From IMG/VR virus record IMGVR_UViG_3300009164_003041: a stretch of DNA of 64,000 nucleotides. The stretch is one strand, 5' to 3'. The stretch is from an uncultured virus (IMG/VR IMGVR_UViG_3300009164_003041) (Duplodnaviria; Heunggongvirae; Uroviricota; Caudoviricetes). Positions 59,548 to 64,000 of the stretch are shown one piece after another; the stretch's first letter is position 1, and every line of letters begins with the position of its first letter. Position numbers and translations under genes: made by a program. The notes under the pieces were generated by a model. The model was not told the origin of the DNA. It did not search any database and saw only the letters and a program-made list of their open reading frames with translations.

Positions 59548-60505
59548 ACTTGAATATTTCCCAGCAATGTTCCCATGTCCATTGCTTGCTATTCCTGACT
59601 ACTGCATTCCTGTCTAAGGTTAAACAGTAGTCAACTGCGGTAGATAGGTCGTCGGACATAAAACCCGTTACTCCCTGTTCAATTATATCTTTAGGTCCGG
59701 TAACCGGATATGCTGCTACAGGAGTTCCACACGCCATTGCTTCAATTATAACAATTCCAAAAGTATCACTGCGACTAGGAAATACAAAAACTTTAGAATT
59801 TTTGTACCAGGTAGCTAGGTCTTCACCTACTTGTTTACCCGTAAAATGCACTGAGGGATATTTCTTTTTCAACTCGTCAAGATAGGGACCGTCTCCAACT
59901 AGTACCTTAAAAGGATAATCTAGTTGACAGAATGCATCCAAATTCTTTTCTTTTGACACCCTAGACACACATAGAATATAGTCACCGATTTTGCGGTTGG
60001 GTTTGAACACGCTTCTATCTACGCCTCTTGTCCAGGAAATGATATCACCCCTGAATCCATGATCTTTGAGTTCATTAACCATCGTTTGTGTAGTAGTGAG
60101 TACACGACCGCTGTGTTTGTGAAACCATCTTAGATATGCATAGGTAATGAATTCCGGAACGTGATATATTTTCTTTAGGAATTCAGGGAATTTAGTATGA
60201 TAGCTAGTGTTGTATTTCCAGCCTTTGAAGTCTAACCAAACTCTTGCCGCTAATCCAATAGGACCTTCTGTAGCAATGTGTATGTGGTCAGGGGTTGCGG
60301 CTTTGATTTTAGACCCAATGTGGATCGGAAAAGACAACTTAACGTCAGGATACCCCGGTGCAGATGCATGAGTAAAATCGCTGGGATCAATATAAACAAC
60401 GTTATAACCATCCAAAGCAGCAAGCCGCTCAATATTTCTAAAAGTCGTAACAACCCCATTGATCTGTGTTCTTAGATTATCGGTTACTATTAGTATGGTT
60501 TTCAT
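59522..60505 (-). CDS. GT4 glycosyltransferase, Agt-like glycolipid synthase
   Basis: VTD..QINGVV, HIATEGPIG, TSYHTKFPE, WTRGVD, EKNL, VGDGP, DTFGIVIIEAMACGTPVAAYPVTGP. Confidence 0.8.
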   Translation of the reverse strand: MKTILIVTDNLRTQINGVVTTFRNIERLAALDGYNVVYIDPSDFTHASAPGYPDVKLSFPIHIGSKIKAATPDHIHIATEGPIGLAARVWLDFKGWKYNTSYHTKFPEFLKKIYHVPEFITYAYLRWFHKHSGRVLTTTQTMVNELKDHGFRGDIISWTRGVDRSVFKPNRKIGDYILCVSRVSKEKNLDAFCQLDYPFKVLVGDGPYLDELKKKYPSVHFTGKQVGEDLATWYKNSKVFVFPSRSDTFGIVIIEAMACGTPVAAYPVTGPKDIIEQGVTGFMSDDLSTAVDYCLTLDRNAVVRNSKQWTWEHCWEIFKSNLIPISF

Positions 60506-61256
60506 CGGTATTGATCTTTTGCCAAACGACGATTTCCCATCGCCCATCATGATGTTCTACCAGTGCGGTACATGATTCTACCCAATCACCGTCATTCATG
60601 TACACAATATCATTGACTGTCTTAATCTCTGCATTATGAATATGCCCGCAGATTACACCGTCATATCCTTTTCGTTTAGCGTATGCTGTAATATTTTTTT
60701 CAAATTCAAACATGAAGTCGATAGCTTTTTTAACTTTATGCTTAAGGAACTTAGACAATGACCAATAGCCAAATCCCATTCTATGTCTGATCCAGTTGAA
60801 TCTGCTGTTGAGGTCCAGCACGAAATCATATGCTCGGTCACCTAAAAAACTGAGCCAAGGAGTAAGACGAGTAATTCCATCAAACAAATCGCCATGTACT
60901 ACCATGTATTTCTTGCCGTCTACGCCCAAGTGAGTTATAGTATTGCAGATTTCAACTCTACCAAAATTGGCAGCGTATGGTATCATCGGTCTTAAGAATT
61001 CATCGTGGTTTCCTGCAACATACACGACTCTAGTATTGTGTTTGCTGTGACTAAGAATACGACGAACCACATTAGTATGTGACTGCTTCCACTTCATCCG
61101 ATTCTGTTGAATCTTCCATGCATCGATGATGTCACCTACAAGATACAGAGTCTCACAGGTATTATGTTTTAGGAAATTGTTAAGCAGGTCTGCTTTGCAG
61201 TCTTTAGCGCCCAAATGGACATCTGATATGAAGATAGTTCTGTATGTGGGTTTCAT
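60477..61256 (-). CDS. PlcP/LpxH2-like metallophosphoesterase (phospholipase C)
   Basis: FISDVHLG, LVGDIID, GNHDEFLR, HGDLFD, GYWSLS, ICGHIH, GDWVESCTALVE. Confidence 0.8.
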   Translation of the reverse strand: MKPTYRTIFISDVHLGAKDCKADLLNNFLKHNTCETLYLVGDIIDAWKIQQNRMKWKQSHTNVVRRILSHSKHNTRVVYVAGNHDEFLRPMIPYAANFGRVEICNTITHLGVDGKKYMVVHGDLFDGITRLTPWLSFLGDRAYDFVLDLNSRFNWIRHRMGFGYWSLSKFLKHKVKKAIDFMFEFEKNITAYAKRKGYDGVICGHIHNAEIKTVNDIVYMNDGDWVESCTALVEHHDGRWEIVVWQKINTDENHTNSNR

Positions 61257-61313
61257 GCAATTATTTATCAGATTTGTATTGACTTTCTTCGAAATGTATG
61301 CTAAATATGTAGT

Positions 61314-61883
61314 ATGAAGATAAAAGAACTACTAGAATCTGCCGAACCCACAGGCAGCAGTCCCATTGTCTATGTTGACATGGATGGTGTGTTGGCCGAT
61401 CTCTACAATTATGCTGCGACTTTGCATGACGTAGATCACTATAACAACATGACTCCTGCACAGTGGGAGTCGTTCTTCAAAGATTCAAATGCATATCACT
61501 TGTTTCGTGATATCAAACCATTTCCAACTGCAAATAAACTACTAAACATGGTCAAGAATTTTGCAGGCGGGTATACTATTTTGAGCAGCCCGTTGAGCTT
61601 CGATAAAGAAGGTAGCATCAAGGGTAAGCGGGAATGGTTGGCGAAGCATATCAAAGTTGCTCCCGATCAAGTTACCTTTGAACATGACAAATACAAGTAT
61701 GCAGTACAACCTGACGGCACCCCCAACATTCTAATTGATGATTATGGCGTTAACATTAACGCTTGGAGGGCAGCAGGCGGTTTAGCTATCAAATATCAAG
61801 CTGATGAAGACGATTTGGAAAAAGTTGCGTACGGACTCCGAATTGCTAACAACCGCATCAATCAAGCTAAAAAAGATAAATAA
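61314..61883 (+). CDS. HAD-family 5'(3')-nucleotidase-like
   Basis: VDMDGVLAD, ILSSP, GKREWL, ILIDD, W..AGG. Confidence 0.85.
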   Translation: MKIKELLESAEPTGSSPIVYVDMDGVLADLYNYAATLHDVDHYNNMTPAQWESFFKDSNAYHLFRDIKPFPTANKLLNMVKNFAGGYTILSSPLSFDKEGSIKGKREWLAKHIKVAPDQVTFEHDKYKYAVQPDGTPNILIDDYGVNINAWRAAGGLAIKYQADEDDLEKVAYGLRIANNRINQAKKDK

Positions 61884-61905
61884 TGCTATATATTCGGAGA
61901 TTATA

Positions 61906-63258
61906 ATGAGCGATACTAGAGACTTTTACAAGCTATTCAGAGAGCTTGAGAGCCAACATCAAGTAAACGACACTGTAGGTTTACACGACAGCTTTGACTT
62001 AGAACTTAACGAACACTTTGTTATTGAAAGTGGTGTCGTCGGTCTAACCGAAGATGGCGTTATTATTCAGCTAGATGAAGAAGCACTAGAGTTTCTAGAC
62101 TTCAGTGGTATGCTCACCGAATCCGAAGAAATTGAAGAAATGATGGTTATGGGTGCAGACTCTGATGCATCTGCTCCCGGATCTAAAACATTGGGCGAAG
62201 GTTCTAGTCAAGGTGTAGCAGACTCAATCCGTCATAGAATCCTTAATCGTCATCATGATGTTATTGCTAAGTACGGTCCTGTAAGAATCATGGCAGCTAT
62301 CGAAGATCAAGCAAGCGGTCTTGACGATCTAGAAGAAATCGGTTCAAGTGACATCAGCATTTGGACTCGTCAAGTTATCGATGATCTAGAAAAGGGGTAT
62401 TATGATGATATGGATATACTCCCAGTCAAGCGAGATGTAACCGAAACGTCAGCAGATTCTGACATCTTTGTTAAGGTTGTAAAGAGCGACGATCCTTTCC
62501 AAGTAGTTTATGATGGTATCTCAGGTCACTTCGGTGAAGACGCCCGCATGAAGCTACAGGACATATATGACGATGTTGTTATTGACCATGGGTTCCACCC
62601 TGACGATGATTTTGAAAAGATCATTGATATTGTGATCGACCATATCGAAGCTGATTACGGTGAAGGTGGCTCACAAAAGCCATACTATACAGCATCAGAT
62701 GACGAGCTAAACGAAATCAAAAGACTCGCTTTAGGTCAGAAAGAAGACGATCTTGAAGAAGGTTGGGGCAAGAATCTCCTAATCGGTGCTGCATTACTTG
62801 CAGCTATTCTAGGCGGCAACAAGATGCAGTATGATTATGCTCTTAAGCATGATCCACAACTCTCAAAGCTAGTTGGTTTCCTCGAGGTTGCTCAGGAAAG
62901 AGGCGATGAAGCTAAGGTTAAAGAACTTAAAGACAGAATCAAAAAGACATACGATCACTTAGCAGTTACAGATTCACCAATTATGGGAGATGATGGTAGA
63001 CCAGTTGATCCTGTATATGAAGCTGAATATCAAGGACGCAAAGTTCCTCTCGGTAAACCAATGCAGGGAGATGTCAAGAAGTCAAAGGTATACGTCAAGA
63101 AGCCAAACGGTAAAGTCGTAAAAGTAAACTTCGGTGACAAGAACATGCGTATCAAGAAGTCAAGCCCTTCACATCGTAAGAGTTTCCGCGCAAGACATCA
63201 TTGCGAGAATCCGGGTCCTAAGTGGAAGGCTAGATATTGGTCATGTCGAGCTTGGTAA
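61906..63258 (+). CDS. acidic modular protein with basic C-terminal domain
   Basis: GGAG SD; acidic segments; C-terminal KVNFGD...SFRARHHC...YWSC. Confidence 0.7.
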   Translation: MSDTRDFYKLFRELESQHQVNDTVGLHDSFDLELNEHFVIESGVVGLTEDGVIIQLDEEALEFLDFSGMLTESEEIEEMMVMGADSDASAPGSKTLGEGSSQGVADSIRHRILNRHHDVIAKYGPVRIMAAIEDQASGLDDLEEIGSSDISIWTRQVIDDLEKGYYDDMDILPVKRDVTETSADSDIFVKVVKSDDPFQVVYDGISGHFGEDARMKLQDIYDDVVIDHGFHPDDDFEKIIDIVIDHIEADYGEGGSQKPYYTASDDELNEIKRLALGQKEDDLEEGWGKNLLIGAALLAAILGGNKMQYDYALKHDPQLSKLVGFLEVAQERGDEAKVKELKDRIKKTYDHLAVTDSPIMGDDGRPVDPVYEAEYQGRKVPLGKPMQGDVKKSKVYVKKPNGKVVKVNFGDKNMRIKKSSPSHRKSFRARHHCENPGPKWKARYWSCRAW

Positions 63259-63296
63259 AAACTATCTGTGCTTGGATGTAGAGACTAAATATTATT

Positions 63297-63473
63297 ATGA
63301 CTGAACAAGCACCAACCCAACCAAAAGCAGCAAAGGGCGGCGTATTTTCTAATGCCGACATTCCCTTGATTAAGTCTGCATTGCTGTCATACGCACAGAC
63401 CCTTGAGAACGATCACCCAGACATGAGCAAAATCTCTTTGCTAGTCCATCGTCTAGGAAGAATCTCGGCGTAG
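63297..63473 (+). CDS. 58-aa hypothetical protein
   Basis: Hand translation; ATG 5 nt after TAAATA. Confidence 0.55.
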   Translation: MTEQAPTQPKAAKGGVFSNADIPLIKSALLSYAQTLENDHPDMSKISLLVHRLGRISA

Positions 63474-63476
63474 TGT

Positions 63477-63647
63477 ATGTCTAATCCAAGATACGAAGTA
63501 ATTACTCAGGAAGACCCGGACACCGGTGACCTGATTATTCCTATCCCTATCCCCGTTCTTAAGCATTTAGGCTGGAAAGAGGGTGATGACGTTGAGATTG
63601 ACGTTGGGGAAGATGGACAAATCTATTTAAAGAAAGCAAACACATGA
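63477..63647 (+). CDS. AbrB/MazE/SpoVT-like small DNA-binding protein
   Basis: Hand translation: GDLIIPIPIPVLKHLGWKEGDDVEI. Confidence 0.65.
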   Translation: MSNPRYEVITQEDPDTGDLIIPIPIPVLKHLGWKEGDDVEIDVGEDGQIYLKKANT

Positions 63648-64000
63648 TTGATGACGGAGATAGCTTAGACACTGTTACTACACTGTCTGGATTAGATTAC
63701 TGGAGTAACAATGTGACCACGAGTACTACACTGGGAAGTACCGGGTCAACTGGTACCTTGCGTACTACCTTAGGAACCGTTGGTTCAACAGGTGCTAGTA
63801 ATGTTACTTGGACTACCCCCGGAACAATCACTACAGGTGGTTATATCAATACAACTGTCACTGCACCTTCTCTTACCTCAGGCAATTGGTTAGGCAACGT
63901 TACTGTGGGCAGTCATCAGGCTGGCCTCCGAGTAGCAGGTGATGCACATTTTGATGGTGAGATTATAGTGCAAGGTGTTAAACTTGCAGATAGACTTGAC
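63644..64000 (+). CDS. partial Thr/Gly-rich hypothetical protein (runs off window)
   Basis: ATGA overlap; open frame to the end. Confidence 0.55.
   Translation, partial: MIDDGDSLDTVTTLSGLDYWSNNVTTSTTLGSTGSTGTLRTTLGTVGSTGASNVTWTTPGTITTGGYINTTVTAPSLTSGNWLGNVTVGSHQAGLRVAGDAHFDGEIIVQGVKLADRLD

Noticed and set aside
60477..61256. LpxH lipid A biosynthesis enzyme
   Set aside because: Pairing with an Agt-like GT4 and the YWSLS/GDWVES motifs fit the PlcP subgroup better.
1..64000. CRISPR array, rRNA, integrase or transposase
   Set aside because: No regularly spaced repeats or recognisable motifs seen by eye.
1..64000. Stop-codon reassignment as in some jumbo phages
   Set aside because: Core genes are full length in the standard code, and TAA, TAG and TGA all end genes.

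Overview
64 kb segment of a large lytic dsDNA (T4-superfamily-like 'jumbo') bacteriophage, densely coding on the + strand under the standard genetic code; the host is probably a proteobacterium, possibly an alphaproteobacterium (inference). All product calls come from motif recognition by eye, with no database searches. Modules in order: (1) 0.5-6.7 kb envelope operon (csgF, csgG, curlin-like protein, FecR-domain protein, CHASE2 adenylate cyclase, beta-barrel); (2) 6.8-12.8 kb uncharacterised enzyme cluster (ferritin-like diiron protein, SAM methyltransferase, several sulfotransferase/P-loop-like proteins, one live and one dead glutamine amidotransferase, oxygenase); (3) DNA polymerase B and sliding clamp; (4) 18.3-30.5 kb 7-deazaguanine DNA-modification island (dpdA, DpdL-like T-fold protein, folE, queD, queE; no queC in the window) interleaved with glycosyl-/nucleotidyl-transferases, guaC, a purine PRTase and an MBD4-like glycosylase; (5) RNase H, ligase and small early genes behind repeated stem-loop sigma70 promoter cassettes; (6) a Clp/Hsp20 proteostasis module; (7) a plcP-agt-like lipid-remodelling pair. 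Non-coding highlights: a preQ1-I-like pseudoknot leader before queD, a structured folE leader, a ROSE-like thermometer before hsp20, many TAAATA promoters with apparently leaderless genes, and an ATT start codon.
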